In this document: piece by piece, positions 33,423-43,762 of the stretch
Layout of the letters: each line of letters starts with the position of its first letter
Numbering within the stretch: position 1 is the first letter of the stretch
NCBI GenBank assembly: GCA_963847625.1
Contig: CAWKAR010000034.1
Location: forward strand, 32,001-96,000
Length of the DNA stretch: 64,000 nt
DNA from: a candidate division FCPU426 bacterium
Lineage (GTDB): Bacteria; Oederibacteriota; Muellerivitia; Muellerivitales; Muellerivitaceae
Reading direction: 5' to 3'
Translations under genes and position numbers: made by a program
The notes under the pieces: generated by a model
What the model was told of the DNA's origin: nothing
The model's input: only the letters and a program-made list of their open reading frames with translations
Databases searched by the model: none

Positions 33423-34442
33423 ATGATTTCAGGATTAAAAATGAAAACCTTGATGCGGGATACTTTTTCGCTTTGGCAAAACATAGCCGAAAAAGCCATT
33501 CAAAAAATTCCTCCCACCCGCGAGGAGGGGCTCAGGATATTAATGTCTCCGCGGGAAGATACATTTTCCCTCGTTCATTCGGCTTACCTGGTGCGCCGGC
33601 ATTTTCATGGCCATCGGGTGCGGATCCATGTCTTGCAAAACGCCAAGTCGGGCGCTTGTTCTGAGGATTGCGGCTTTTGCTCCCAATCCTCCAAATACCT
33701 GACGGCCTCTTCCCAATATCCCCTCATGGATGTGGAAACCCTGGTTTCGGGCGCCCATAAAGCCAAGGCGGCCGGCGCATGGAAATATTGCATGGTGACC
33801 GCCACCCGCGGGCCCAGCAACCGGGATTTGGACGTCCTATGCGAGGCCACCCGCCGGATCAAGGCCGAAGTGGGGATTAAAGTCTGCGCATCGCTGGGAA
33901 TCCTTACCGCCGAGAAAGCCTCGCGTTTGGCGGAAGCGGGCGTCGACCGCTTCAATCACAATCTGGAGACCTCAAAAAGCCATTTTCAAAAAATAGTCTC
34001 GACCCACTCCTATGAGGACCGGGTCCAAACGGCCCGCTTGGCCCGCGAAGCGGGAATAGAAGTTTGTTCAGGGGGGATCATCGGTATAGGCGAGGGCCCG
34101 GAAGACGTGGTGGACTTGTGTTTTTCCCTCTTGGAAGTAACGCCTTCCTCCGTTCCGGTGAATTTTCTGGATCCCCGACCCGGCACTCCCTTTGGAGGGT
34201 TCCCTCGGGTGGACCCTTATTACGCCCTTCGTGTGCTTTGCCTTTTCCGGTTTGTCCATCCCGAGGCAGATTTGAGGGCCGCCGGGGGCCGGGAGGTCAC
34301 GTTTCGGTCCCTCCAGCCATTGATCCTTTATGTCGCCAATTCCATCTTCACAAACGGTTATTTGACCACCCCGGGCCAGGGGGAAAACGCGGATCATCAA
34401 ATGATCAAGGACTTGGGGATGGAACCGGAAATCCCCGGGTAA
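33423..34442 (+). CDS. bioB: Biotin synthase
   Basis: KSGACSEDCGFCSQS, FNHNLETS, CSGGIIG, SVPVN, ANSIF; start may be 33441. Confidence 0.95.
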   Translation: MISGLKMKTLMRDTFSLWQNIAEKAIQKIPPTREEGLRILMSPREDTFSLVHSAYLVRRHFHGHRVRIHVLQNAKSGACSEDCGFCSQSSKYLTASSQYPLMDVETLVSGAHKAKAAGAWKYCMVTATRGPSNRDLDVLCEATRRIKAEVGIKVCASLGILTAEKASRLAEAGVDRFNHNLETSKSHFQKIVSTHSYEDRVQTARLAREAGIEVCSGGIIGIGEGPEDVVDLCFSLLEVTPSSVPVNFLDPRPGTPFGGFPRVDPYYALRVLCLFRFVHPEADLRAAGGREVTFRSLQPLILYVANSIFTNGYLTTPGQGENADHQMIKDLGMEPEIPG

Positions 34443-34493
34443 GTCGGATGGTTTTTTCCTTTTAAATACTCCCGGCGGGTTTGGGAAGAGGGG

Positions 34494-36437
34494 TCATTTC
34501 TTTTCGGAACCAGGAATAGGATTGGTTAAAGACTTCAGGATTTTCAGGGCTTGCGGATTATGGGGCTTGTCCGCCAGGACCCGCCTCATACACTGCTGGG
34601 ATTGCCCTTGTCTTCCGGTTAAATAATACAAAGTCCCCAATTGCAAGAAAGCATCCCAGTATCGTCCTTGGGTGCGGCGGACTTCCTCGAGAAAAAGGGA
34701 TTCAGCAATTTCCGGATGGTTGTTATTGGCGCAGAATATGCCCATTCGAAGCAATCCCGTGGAATAGGCGGTTCGTGTGGATAAATCCTCCCAAAAGCAT
34801 TTCCAAAACGGATGTGGAGAAGACTGGATCAAGGCGGGAATCTCCTTGGATAAAATCAGGGCGCCATTTTCCGCCAATAACCTCGGATAATTTAACGTCG
34901 GGATTTTCTCTTCATAACCCTTCCTCAAGTAAATGGCCATGAGCCCATCCAGATATACCAGCCTCCAATCCGGATTTTTCTGAAGTTCGAGATACCACTG
35001 TGTCGCGGGGATAAAACTAAAAAAGAGGATATCGGGCTGGTATTTTGCCAAGAGCGGCTGCAGCCCCCCGGGGACCAGGGACCCCATGAACTCCGAGTAA
35101 AAATCATCCCCCATGACTTCCAGGCGCGCGTCGATAAAGGTCTTTTGGGGGCCTTTCCAATCCAGCCATCCCCCGGAGTCCATGTGGTTCAAGACCCGCC
35201 CTTGAAGGCCGTTCTGGTTGAGGAATTCACAGGCTTTAACAGGCAGTTCTTCCAGGTTCAATCCAATTCCAAAGCGGTCCGTCCGCCGGTCGGAAACATA
35301 ATAGGCGCCGCTGGCCACCCTTAGGGCCATGATGAAAAGGGCAAGGGTCAGGACCCAAGCGGTTGGGATTTTTAAGAAAGCCAACTTTTGAACCTGATGG
35401 AGCCAGGATGCCTTCATGTCGCTCCAACAGGATGCCGCGATCGGAAGGCAGGAAAGGAAAAGGAAGGGAATGTTCCGCAAGGCGGTAAAAGAGAGCCATA
35501 AAAAAAAGGCCGCAATTAGGATTTCATGGATTTTCCTCTTCCTGATCGTCACCAGGATCATGACGATGAGAGCCGGGCAAAATAATTTGTAAAGGAGCAG
35601 GTAGAGGGTCGGGGTTGACCAAAAGGTATCATTGAGTCCCCAGGGCGGTTGGAATTCCTTGATGGTGGCCTTGAAAATACTGGAGGCGTTGAGCCTGTTC
35701 AGGAGAACGAAAGGGAAAGACATTCCTTGGAACCCGTAGGGATTCAACAGGCAAACAATCAAGGATAAGGCCGAGTAACCCCAAAGTTTTTTGTCCCCTC
35801 CCTGCCTGAGAAAATCCGAAAGGCAATAGATCCACAACAAGCCCAAGCCGATGGGAAAAAGGCCTTCCAGGTTGGCCCAGGCGAGTTGGAGAACGGGAAG
35901 CAGGAAAAGCAAATCCCGTTTCCGTTGTGCCCTCAACTCCAGGACCCACAGGATGGAAACCGAAAGAACCCAGCTTAAGATCTCCGGGCGGATCCTGAAG
36001 CGGTATTCGCACCCAAACAAGGTGGCTGTCAATAACAGCGCGCACATCCAAAGGGGGGCGTCCGCGAGCCGGAGGCGCTTGAAGGTTGCGTAAAAAGCCA
36101 AGGCGATCAAAAGGGTATTGGCGGGGGCAAGGAAAGAATAACCGCCAAGCTTGAAAAGAAGAAAAAGAAGGACCTGGTAAAGCCATTGGATATCCAGGTA
36201 CTCGTGGTCCGGGACGGAATAAGTGAAGGTGTCACAGGAGGGAAAGACGCGGTTTTGCAAAATCCATTGGCCGGCTCTCAAATGAAACCCCAGGTCGGTG
36301 TCATTGACCAGCCTAAGTCCTAAAAGCGCCAGCAGGAGAAAACAAGCCCATAAACAGTAAAGCCAGGGATCGGCAAAGGGTTTCGGAACAGGTTCTACGA
36401 CTTTTTCAGCGGAATCGGCGGGGGGATTGGAATCCAT
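34494..36437 (-). CDS. Polytopic membrane protein, GT-C-like, with C-terminal TPR-like helices
   Basis: DLGFHLRAG, RIRPE, WANLEG, LNPYG, FIDAR motifs; many TM segments. Confidence 0.7.
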   Translation of the reverse strand: MDSNPPADSAEKVVEPVPKPFADPWLYCLWACFLLLALLGLRLVNDTDLGFHLRAGQWILQNRVFPSCDTFTYSVPDHEYLDIQWLYQVLLFLLFKLGGYSFLAPANTLLIALAFYATFKRLRLADAPLWMCALLLTATLFGCEYRFRIRPEILSWVLSVSILWVLELRAQRKRDLLFLLPVLQLAWANLEGLFPIGLGLLWIYCLSDFLRQGGDKKLWGYSALSLIVCLLNPYGFQGMSFPFVLLNRLNASSIFKATIKEFQPPWGLNDTFWSTPTLYLLLYKLFCPALIVMILVTIRKRKIHEILIAAFFLWLSFTALRNIPFLFLSCLPIAASCWSDMKASWLHQVQKLAFLKIPTAWVLTLALFIMALRVASGAYYVSDRRTDRFGIGLNLEELPVKACEFLNQNGLQGRVLNHMDSGGWLDWKGPQKTFIDARLEVMGDDFYSEFMGSLVPGGLQPLLAKYQPDILFFSFIPATQWYLELQKNPDWRLVYLDGLMAIYLRKGYEEKIPTLNYPRLLAENGALILSKEIPALIQSSPHPFWKCFWEDLSTRTAYSTGLLRMGIFCANNNHPEIAESLFLEEVRRTQGRYWDAFLQLGTLYYLTGRQGQSQQCMRRVLADKPHNPQALKILKSLTNPIPGSEKK

Positions 36438-36443
36438 TTCGAA

Positions 36444-36452
36444 ATTATAACA
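36444..36452 (-). promoter_or_regulatory. Extended -10 promoter, probably leaderless transcript
   Basis: TGTTATAAT 6 nt before ATG 36437; no SD. Confidence 0.55.
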
Positions 36453-36489
36453 AAAGCACAGGTCTGGCCCAAACTGACCTTTTTAAATT

Positions 36490-38535
36490 ATGATGGTCTG
36501 GATGAAACCGGCCCCTACCCAAAAAGACCCTTTGACCCGCTGGCTTCTGCCCGCCGCCTGGATCGCGGTCATCCTCCTGGCCTATGGGCGTCTTCTGGTC
36601 CACCCGGATCTCCATATCGCTTGCCCGGAAAACGACACCTGGAACCTGCCCATCCGATGGTCCGTCCTATCTTCCTTGAGGCAAGGTATTCTTCCCCTGT
36701 GGAACCCCCTTTCCGCATTCGGCATCCCCTGGCTCGCCACCTGGCAGACCGAGACCTTTTATCCAGGGACCTTGTGTTTCAAAATATTCGGTTTGAATTT
36801 CTGGAACTATTCCGGAATCCTCCACCTTCTGATTCTTTCGTTGGGCCTCTACCGGCTTTTAAGAAATGCCGGAGTGGAAACCTTTTGGTCTTTCTTTTGT
36901 TCAGCCATCGCCCTCCTGAACGGCTGCGCTTACAACCATCTGGGCAGTAATTCCTCCATGGACACGATGGCCTGGGCGCCCTGGCTTTTAGTGGCCGTCC
37001 AGAACATGGCCCGTCAAAAGAAGGCCGGTAGTTTCCAATTCGCGGCTTTCCTGGCCCTTCAGATCTTCGCCGGTTATCCCCAGATTATTTTTTACTCCAT
37101 TGTCGCCGCCGCGGCCTACGGCGTCTTCTTATCGGGTTGGAAATTCCCGTTGCAGTTTTTCTTCCCCCTTCTCTCAGGCCTCATCCTATCCGCCTGCCAA
37201 TGGTTGCCTTCCGTGGAGTATTTTTTCCTGAACTCGGTGCGGTTTCCCGCCGTTCAGAACAACCCGGGATTTTTTCTTCCGCTGGAAAACTTGAAAACCT
37301 TTCTTCATTTCAACGTCCTTTGGCAGAACAACATCCCCGACTATGTGGCTTCCCCGACTTTCTTTTATTTTAATTTCTATTCTGGCTTCATCCCTTTGAT
37401 GGTGCTTATCCTTGGAATGGCCCGATGGAACAAGCTTAAAACCGAAACGCGATTTTTCCTTGCAGGTTTCCTTCTTTTTCTCATCTGGGCTTTGGGTTGG
37501 CCGGCCATGCTCGGCAACGCCCTTCACCTTCCCCTGCCGGCCTTCCTGGAACCTGCCAAATGCTGGGTCCTCCTGAACGTGCTGGAACTGGCGGCCCTGG
37601 GACTGATCGGCAAGGACCTTTTTCCCAAGCCGGGCGCCTGGAAATGGGCTGTTCTCATGATAGCCCTCGCAGACCTTCTCTACGCGGTTTGGACCCGCCC
37701 CCTGGAAAGAAATTTCTTTCCTCCCCATCCGTTGTTGGCGCAGGAATCCGCAAAAATAAAAGACAACCTGGAGCAGGGCCGTGTTTTGATCCTACCTGAC
37801 GCACAGCGGCACCAGGAGGTTTATACCCCGCTTCCCTCGCACGATGGAAAACCTCTGTTCAAGCATTTTGTCCCCAATTCCAATCTTTTCGTTTCCCTGC
37901 CGGTGGCCAATTTTTACGGCTCCACCTGGCCGTCTTGGGGGTCCCTCGATGCGCAATTTTATTTTTTCCGGGGGTTTCCCTACTTGCGGGGAACTTTAAT
38001 GGACTTCCTGGGGGTGGATCTCCTACTCCTGACCGGAGGCAATCTGGCTCCCCCTTATGAAAAAATATTCCAGGACCCCCCTTGGACCCTGTGGAAAAAC
38101 CCACGGTCCCTGGGTTCCCATTTTTTCTTTTTCGGGAACCCCCAAGAGGGCAGCCGCAAAGAAGCGTTCCAAGCCTTCGCGGACGGCGCCAATCCCCTTC
38201 AAACCCTTTACTTGGACGCCAGCTTCGTTTCAGAACCTTCCCTTCATCAGCCGAGCCTCTTGGATCCCTCCAAAATCCTGTTTAACCTTCCCCGGGATCG
38301 AAAGGGTTTCTTGGTCATGGCGCAAAATGCCATGCCCGGATGGCGGGCCTGGATTGACGGGAAAGAAACCGAAATCCGCCAAGCGGACGGGATTTTCCAA
38401 TGTGTGTCGTTTCCGGAAGGATCCCGGACGGCGCATTTGCAATACGAACCCGCGAGTTTCCGCCTGGGTTTGTTCTTGAGCCTGGCGTCCTGGATGATGC
38501 TGTTATCTTTCGGAGGGATTAAAAAGGAATCCTAG
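36490..38535 (+). CDS. YfhO-family membrane protein (GT-C-like)
   Basis: LPLWNP..FGIP, AGYPQ, PGWRAWIDG..FQCV..GS...L.YEP.SFRLG. Confidence 0.85.
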   Translation: MMVWMKPAPTQKDPLTRWLLPAAWIAVILLAYGRLLVHPDLHIACPENDTWNLPIRWSVLSSLRQGILPLWNPLSAFGIPWLATWQTETFYPGTLCFKIFGLNFWNYSGILHLLILSLGLYRLLRNAGVETFWSFFCSAIALLNGCAYNHLGSNSSMDTMAWAPWLLVAVQNMARQKKAGSFQFAAFLALQIFAGYPQIIFYSIVAAAAYGVFLSGWKFPLQFFFPLLSGLILSACQWLPSVEYFFLNSVRFPAVQNNPGFFLPLENLKTFLHFNVLWQNNIPDYVASPTFFYFNFYSGFIPLMVLILGMARWNKLKTETRFFLAGFLLFLIWALGWPAMLGNALHLPLPAFLEPAKCWVLLNVLELAALGLIGKDLFPKPGAWKWAVLMIALADLLYAVWTRPLERNFFPPHPLLAQESAKIKDNLEQGRVLILPDAQRHQEVYTPLPSHDGKPLFKHFVPNSNLFVSLPVANFYGSTWPSWGSLDAQFYFFRGFPYLRGTLMDFLGVDLLLLTGGNLAPPYEKIFQDPPWTLWKNPRSLGSHFFFFGNPQEGSRKEAFQAFADGANPLQTLYLDASFVSEPSLHQPSLLDPSKILFNLPRDRKGFLVMAQNAMPGWRAWIDGKETEIRQADGIFQCVSFPEGSRTAHLQYEPASFRLGLFLSLASWMMLLSFGGIKKES

Positions 38536-39596
38536 ACCGGAAGGTTTAGCATTTCTTTGAGGGGCTGAAAAACCTGGGAAGGGGTGATCTTCCGGAGGCA
38601 TTCCTGTTGGACATGCTTGGCCTTGTTACCCTCCTGCGGATAGGGGCACTCATTCCGGTCGCAAGGCCCGCAATCCAGGAAATGTTGTAGAAACCTGTGC
38701 CTGGAGTCCCCCGGTTTAACCCAGCTGATACCCCAATGGGGACCGCAAAGGGTGAGGCTCCGGGTTCCCAAGGCCTGGGCCAGGTGTTGGGGGGTTCCGT
38801 CGGCTCCCACGAGCAGATCTAGTTTGGAGATGAAAGCCGCCGCCTGGAAAAGGGTCGTTTCCGGCTTCACCAGGGTCTTGTCCTCCAACCCCGATCGGAT
38901 TTCACCGATCAAGGCTTTGTCCCCCGGCCCCCCGAACAGGATCGGCTTCACTCCCAGTTGCCCAAAAATCAAGAGAACCAATTCCTTCCACTGATCCGGG
39001 GACCAGCGTTTGGAAGGCCAACTGCCGGTAGGATTCAACCCGATTTCCCATTTTAACCCCGCCATTTCTCCCCGCGCAAATAATTCCTCGGCCCACTGGA
39101 GATCCTTCTCTGGGATGAATAATTCCGTCCGGTTCCCGTCGTCGGGCACATTCAGGAAACGGAGGATGTCCAGGTTCACCTCGGCCTGGTATTTGCGCAC
39201 CTTGTTCTTGGGAATAGGATGGGTGAAAGCCCACTTGCGCACCCGGAAAGCGAATCCCGCCCGAAGCGGCGCGCCCGTAGCCAGGGTCAGCCAGGCCGAC
39301 CGGGGCTCGGCGGCCAGGTCCAGGACCCAATCGTAACGGGACTTCCTGAGCGACCGGATGAATTCCCATTTCTTCCGGAGGGATTCGTGCTTTTCAGGGT
39401 GCAGGATTAAACGGTCTAGGTTTGGATTTTTTTGGAGGATAGGGCCACTGACGGGGCGGGTGAGAAAATGGATCTCGGCTGTTGGGAATTTTTTCCGGAG
39501 AGCGCGCAACAGGGGTGTGGAAAGGATGACGTCCCCGATGCCCTTCAACCGGATCAGGAGGATTCGTTTCGGAAAGGAGGGAATGGGAACCGGCAC
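38532..39596 (-). CDS. Glycosyltransferase family 9
   Basis: ILLIRLKGIGDVIL, WPSKRW, VGADGTPQHLA. Confidence 0.92.
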   Translation of the reverse strand: MPVPIPSFPKRILLIRLKGIGDVILSTPLLRALRKKFPTAEIHFLTRPVSGPILQKNPNLDRLILHPEKHESLRKKWEFIRSLRKSRYDWVLDLAAEPRSAWLTLATGAPLRAGFAFRVRKWAFTHPIPKNKVRKYQAEVNLDILRFLNVPDDGNRTELFIPEKDLQWAEELFARGEMAGLKWEIGLNPTGSWPSKRWSPDQWKELVLLIFGQLGVKPILFGGPGDKALIGEIRSGLEDKTLVKPETTLFQAAAFISKLDLLVGADGTPQHLAQALGTRSLTLCGPHWGISWVKPGDSRHRFLQHFLDCGPCDRNECPYPQEGNKAKHVQQECLRKITPSQVFQPLKEMLNLPV

Positions 39597-39597
39597 C

Positions 39598-40515
39598 CTA
39601 TTTCACGGGAGTTAGCCAATCGAAACGGTCCGGGGTTTCTCCCCGGATGATGTCGAAAAAGGCCTTTTGGACCCTCTCGGTGACCGGGCCCCGCTTACCG
39701 TCGCTGACTGGAATATTGTCGACCTTGGAAACATGGACGATCTCCGCAGCGGTTCCCGTCAGGAACACCTCGTCGGCAACATAGAGGCTTTCGCGGGGAA
39801 GCACTTGCTGGCGGATCTCAATGCCCAGGTCCCGGGCCAAAACGAAAACTGAATGCCGGGTGATGCCCGGAAGGATGGAGGAATTGGTGGGTGGCGTGAA
39901 GATAACACCGTTCTTCACCATAAAAACGTTCTCACCCGATCCCTCCGAAACAAATCCGTAATGGTCCAGGACGATTCCCTCGTCGAACCCGTCCTGGACG
40001 GCTTCCATCTTCACCAGTTGGGAATTCAGGTAATTCCCTGCCGCCTTGGAAAGGGTTGGAAAGGTATTGGGAGCCGGCCGTTGCCAGGAGGAGATCCTGA
40101 CCGAGATACCCTTGGTGAGGGATTCCTTGCCCAGGTAGGAGCCCCAATTCCAGGCCGCGATGGCGCAATGCAGGGGGTTTTTCAGGGGATTCACGCCCAC
40201 CGGTCCGTAGCCCCGGAAGACGAAAGGACGGATGTAGCAGGCCTTGAGTTTGTTGGTCCTCAACAACTTCACCACCGAGTCGCTGAATTGTTTCTTGGTG
40301 TAGGGGATATCCATCCGGTAAATTTTCGCGGAATCGTAAAGCCGGTCCATGTGGGCGTCAAGCCTGAATACCGCCGGCCCTCCCTTGGTGTTATAGCAAC
40401 GGATGCCCTCGAATACGCAGGACGCGTAGTGGACGACGTGGGATAGGACATGGATGGTTGCTTTTTTCCAATCCACCATCTTCCCGTCAAACCAAATTTT
40501 TCCTTTACCGAACAA
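39598..40515 (-). CDS. ilvE: Branched-chain amino acid aminotransferase
   Basis: VFEGIRCY, KAAGNYLNS, SEGSGEN, ILPGITR, TGTAAE; GGAGG RBS before TTG 40515. Confidence 0.96.
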   Translation of the reverse strand: MFGKGKIWFDGKMVDWKKATIHVLSHVVHYASCVFEGIRCYNTKGGPAVFRLDAHMDRLYDSAKIYRMDIPYTKKQFSDSVVKLLRTNKLKACYIRPFVFRGYGPVGVNPLKNPLHCAIAAWNWGSYLGKESLTKGISVRISSWQRPAPNTFPTLSKAAGNYLNSQLVKMEAVQDGFDEGIVLDHYGFVSEGSGENVFMVKNGVIFTPPTNSSILPGITRHSVFVLARDLGIEIRQQVLPRESLYVADEVFLTGTAAEIVHVSKVDNIPVSDGKRGPVTERVQKAFFDIIRGETPDRFDWLTPVK

Positions 40516-40549
40516 GGTGATTCCTCCCTGAAAATAAAAAAGTGGCGTC

Positions 40550-40558
40550 ATTATAGCA
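40550..40558 (-). promoter_or_regulatory. Extended -10 promoter for ilvE
   Basis: TGCTATAAT in the short gap upstream of the ilvE RBS. Confidence 0.5.
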
Positions 40559-40578
40559 GGAAATATTTATATATCCCT

Positions 40579-41619
40579 TTATTTGACCCTGCCCTGGCGG
40601 CCCAATAGGTCAATTGCTTTCCCGGTAATGAAATCCACATCCAGCTGGTCCATGCAGGCCATCCGGGAACATTGCTCCCGTCCGCAATGACTGCAATCGA
40701 CCTCGGCGTGGGCGTACGCGTGGGGGGCCTTGTAGGGAAACCAGATTTCAGGCTCCCCGGGCCCGAAAATCCCCAAGGTAGGCGTACCCACGGCCGGTCC
40801 GATGTGCATGGGCCCCGCGTCATTGGAGACCAACAGGTCCGACGCCTCGATCAGCGCTGTCAGGCCCCTCAAGGAAGGCTGGTTCGCGAAAAGCCAACCC
40901 GGTTCCATTTGGACCTCGAAGCTCCGCGCCAAGCCGGCATCCTTGGGTCCGAAGAGAAAAAGAGGCCTGGCTCCCTTTTTGGCAAGCCTCCACCCCAGCT
41001 CCACGAAACGCTCCAAGGGCCATCGCTTGGTGGGCCAGGTTGCCCCTGGAAAAAGAGCCGCTACTTTTTGTCCCGGCCTTAACAGCGCCCGTTTCAGGAT
41101 GGTCTTGGCATGGACTTTCTCTTCCTTCGTCGTGAAGAGCGATGTTTTGTACGGTCCCTCGAATGAAAAACCCAGGGCCCTCACCTGGTCCAGGTAAGCG
41201 TCCGTGACGGGCCTGCGCCCGGAGGGGAGGGGTTTCGTCGCGGGCTTGGCTACGGTGGTATAAGCCCAGGACCGCCCTCTCATCTCAAAACCCACCCTCA
41301 AGGACGCCCCGCTGAAAAAGGACATTAGCACCGTCCGAAAATTCCCAAACAAGTCCAGGACGGCGTCAAACCGGTGCCGCCGAAGCTGTCGGTAAAAACC
41401 CCCAATGTAAAAGGGATTTTTTTTCTTCCCGGTCACAAAGGGGATGACGCCCGCGATATCCGGGTGATTCCCGAGTATTTCCGCATAGGGCGTCTCGGCC
41501 AGGTACCAAACCTCGGTACCGGGATTTTTCCCCCGCAGGACCCCGGCCAAGCCGGTGGCCAGGATCAGGTCCCCCAGGAAACGGGGGCGCAGGATCAAGA
41601 CTTTTCGGGGAAATTCCAT
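40579..41619 (-). CDS. Glycosyltransferase family 9
   Basis: RFLGDLIL, WPTKRWP, VSNDAGPMHI; start trimmed to ATG 41619. Confidence 0.92.
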   Translation of the reverse strand: MEFPRKVLILRPRFLGDLILATGLAGVLRGKNPGTEVWYLAETPYAEILGNHPDIAGVIPFVTGKKKNPFYIGGFYRQLRRHRFDAVLDLFGNFRTVLMSFFSGASLRVGFEMRGRSWAYTTVAKPATKPLPSGRRPVTDAYLDQVRALGFSFEGPYKTSLFTTKEEKVHAKTILKRALLRPGQKVAALFPGATWPTKRWPLERFVELGWRLAKKGARPLFLFGPKDAGLARSFEVQMEPGWLFANQPSLRGLTALIEASDLLVSNDAGPMHIGPAVGTPTLGIFGPGEPEIWFPYKAPHAYAHAEVDCSHCGREQCSRMACMDQLDVDFITGKAIDLLGRQGRVK

Positions 41620-41621
41620 GG

Positions 41622-42671
41622 TCAAATCGCCATTCTGGAATGTATCAAGGCTTTGAGCGGCCGGATCACCTCTTCCGGCTGCAAAGCCATCATGCACTCG
41701 TGCTTTTTCGCCACGCAAACCGAAAGCCCGCAGGGGCGGCAGGAAACTTCCTTGAATATAACCGGATGCTTTTGCTTGGTATAGGGGTGCCAGCGGTTCA
41801 GGGGTTCCGGCCCCCAGACCGTCAGGGTGGGGGTTCCCACCGCGGCAGCCAGGTGGCGCGGACCGGTATCCACGCTCAGGACGGCGGCGGCCTTCCGGAA
41901 AAGTCCCATCATGGGGACCAAACTGGTGCCGGCGTAAACCGGGAGGCTTTGGCCCAGCTCCTTCTCGATTTTCGGGATTCCCTTCCTCTCGAAGGAAGCG
42001 CAGGTGAAAAAAACCTTGAGGCCGTTTGAAAGCAGTTCCCGGATAACGGCGGCCCACTTGTCGGGATACCATTCCTTGCTCGGACAGCTGGCGAAGGGAT
42101 TGACGGCCACCACCAGGTCTTCCCCGGAAAACCGGTTGGCCTTCCAAAAAGTCTCGGCAAACTGCAGGGCCTTTTCCGGCACGGGCCAATAACCGCCCTC
42201 CCGGTCATGGGGCTTGGGTTCCAGTCCGATCAGGCTCAGGATGCGCCGGTCGAGTTCCCAGGCCGGTGCCGTCAACTCGTCGTCCCCCTTGGCACACGAA
42301 TCGTAAAACCTCCGGATCGGGGGAAGGTCCAGCCCGATCTTATAGGCGGGCTCTCCCCAGGAGATCAACTGGGCGCTGCGGTGGGAGGCGGAAAAATCGA
42401 TGGCCAGGTCGAAAGCCCGCTCGCGCAGGGCCTTGGCCATGAGGTGGTTTTTCCAGGCCCGGACCCAGAAGGGTTTCCGGTCGACAGCTCCCCGGTGGTA
42501 GGCCAGGACCTCGTTGGCCCATCCCGCCGCGCGGTACAGCTCGTGGGCCGGGGGCTGGATCAGGGCTGTGATCCAAGCCTTGGGAAAAGCTTCCCGCAGG
42601 GCCTCGAAACAGGTCCCGGCCAGGATGGCGTCACCGATGGGCCGTAGCTTGACCGCGAGAATGCGCTTCAT
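41622..42671 (-). CDS. Glycosyltransferase family 9
   Basis: RPIGDAIL, PSKEW, SVDTGPRHLAAA. Confidence 0.92.
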   Translation of the reverse strand: MKRILAVKLRPIGDAILAGTCFEALREAFPKAWITALIQPPAHELYRAAGWANEVLAYHRGAVDRKPFWVRAWKNHLMAKALRERAFDLAIDFSASHRSAQLISWGEPAYKIGLDLPPIRRFYDSCAKGDDELTAPAWELDRRILSLIGLEPKPHDREGGYWPVPEKALQFAETFWKANRFSGEDLVVAVNPFASCPSKEWYPDKWAAVIRELLSNGLKVFFTCASFERKGIPKIEKELGQSLPVYAGTSLVPMMGLFRKAAAVLSVDTGPRHLAAAVGTPTLTVWGPEPLNRWHPYTKQKHPVIFKEVSCRPCGLSVCVAKKHECMMALQPEEVIRPLKALIHSRMAI

Positions 42672-43762
42672 GGTAGCGGTGTCTCCTGCCGGTTTTCAGC
42701 TTGGACCCGGGCCGGGTAATCCAACTTTTTTTGGATGGCTTTGAATACTTCTTCCACGGAAATGGCGTGCAGGCATTCGTACCCGATCGGGCAGGTCCTT
42801 TGGAAACAGGGACTGCATTCGGTTTTTTTGTAGATCACTTCATGTCCCGTACCGAACGGCCTCGTCCATGTGGGAGAAGTGGAGCCGAAAAGGGCTACGG
42901 TGGGCGTCCCAACGGCAGAGGCCATATGCATGGGGCCCGTATCGCTGGTCACTAAAAGCCGGCAACGGGACAAAACCTCTGCCAGGGTCAGGACGTCGGT
43001 CTTCCCCACCAGCCAGAGGAAGTGGTCCGCCCCTGAATCCCCAAGTCCCTTTTTTAATCCCCCCGGGAAAACCTCATCACCTTCTCCGCCGAGGATAAGG
43101 ATGGTTTCCTTCCGGGACCGCCTCAACTGATCGGTCAATTCCAGCCAATAAGGCAGGGGCCAGCGTTTGGCCGCCCCATAGGTGGCGCCGGGGCAAAAGG
43201 CCAGGAAATCCCCACCCCGGATGACATCCAACCGGTCCGCCTTTTCGCGGGCCTCCGGGGTCAAGGGGCTCGACAGGCGGAAGCTTTGGGTGGTGGCTTT
43301 CATTTCGAAACTTTTTTGGGCCAGGTCCAAATATTCCCAAACCAGGTGTTTTTGACGGGGAGTTTCATAGGGAATCACCCGGGTTAAAAAAAAGTCCCGG
43401 CCTTCCCCACCCCACCCGATGCGCGACGGGACCCCCGCCGCGAAAACGAAAAATGCGGATGAAAAGGACGTGGGAAGAACCAGCACGGTGTCAAATCCCT
43501 CCCGCTGGATCTCCCGGACCGTTCTCCAATAAGAGAGAAATCCCCGGTTTTCTCCGGTGGAAAACACCTGGTGGATTCCGGGAAAATTTTCCCAAAACTC
43601 GGCAAAGGGCTTCCGGGCCAGGATGGATATTTCCGCTTCTGGAAAGAACCGGATGATTTCCGAAACGGCAGGCGTGGCCATCAGGGTGTCCCCAAGCCAA
43701 TTGGGAACCCGCACCAGAAGTTTGCGGGGGCGGGTTGGAATAGGACTTGTCAGGGTTTGCAC
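42668..43762 (-). CDS. waaF: LPS heptosyltransferase II
   Basis: PNWLGDTLM, PGATYGAAKRWP, SDTGPMHMA. Confidence 0.85.
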   Translation of the reverse strand: MQTLTSPIPTRPRKLLVRVPNWLGDTLMATPAVSEIIRFFPEAEISILARKPFAEFWENFPGIHQVFSTGENRGFLSYWRTVREIQREGFDTVLVLPTSFSSAFFVFAAGVPSRIGWGGEGRDFFLTRVIPYETPRQKHLVWEYLDLAQKSFEMKATTQSFRLSSPLTPEAREKADRLDVIRGGDFLAFCPGATYGAAKRWPLPYWLELTDQLRRSRKETILILGGEGDEVFPGGLKKGLGDSGADHFLWLVGKTDVLTLAEVLSRCRLLVTSDTGPMHMASAVGTPTVALFGSTSPTWTRPFGTGHEVIYKKTECSPCFQRTCPIGYECLHAISVEEVFKAIQKKLDYPARVQAENRQETPLP

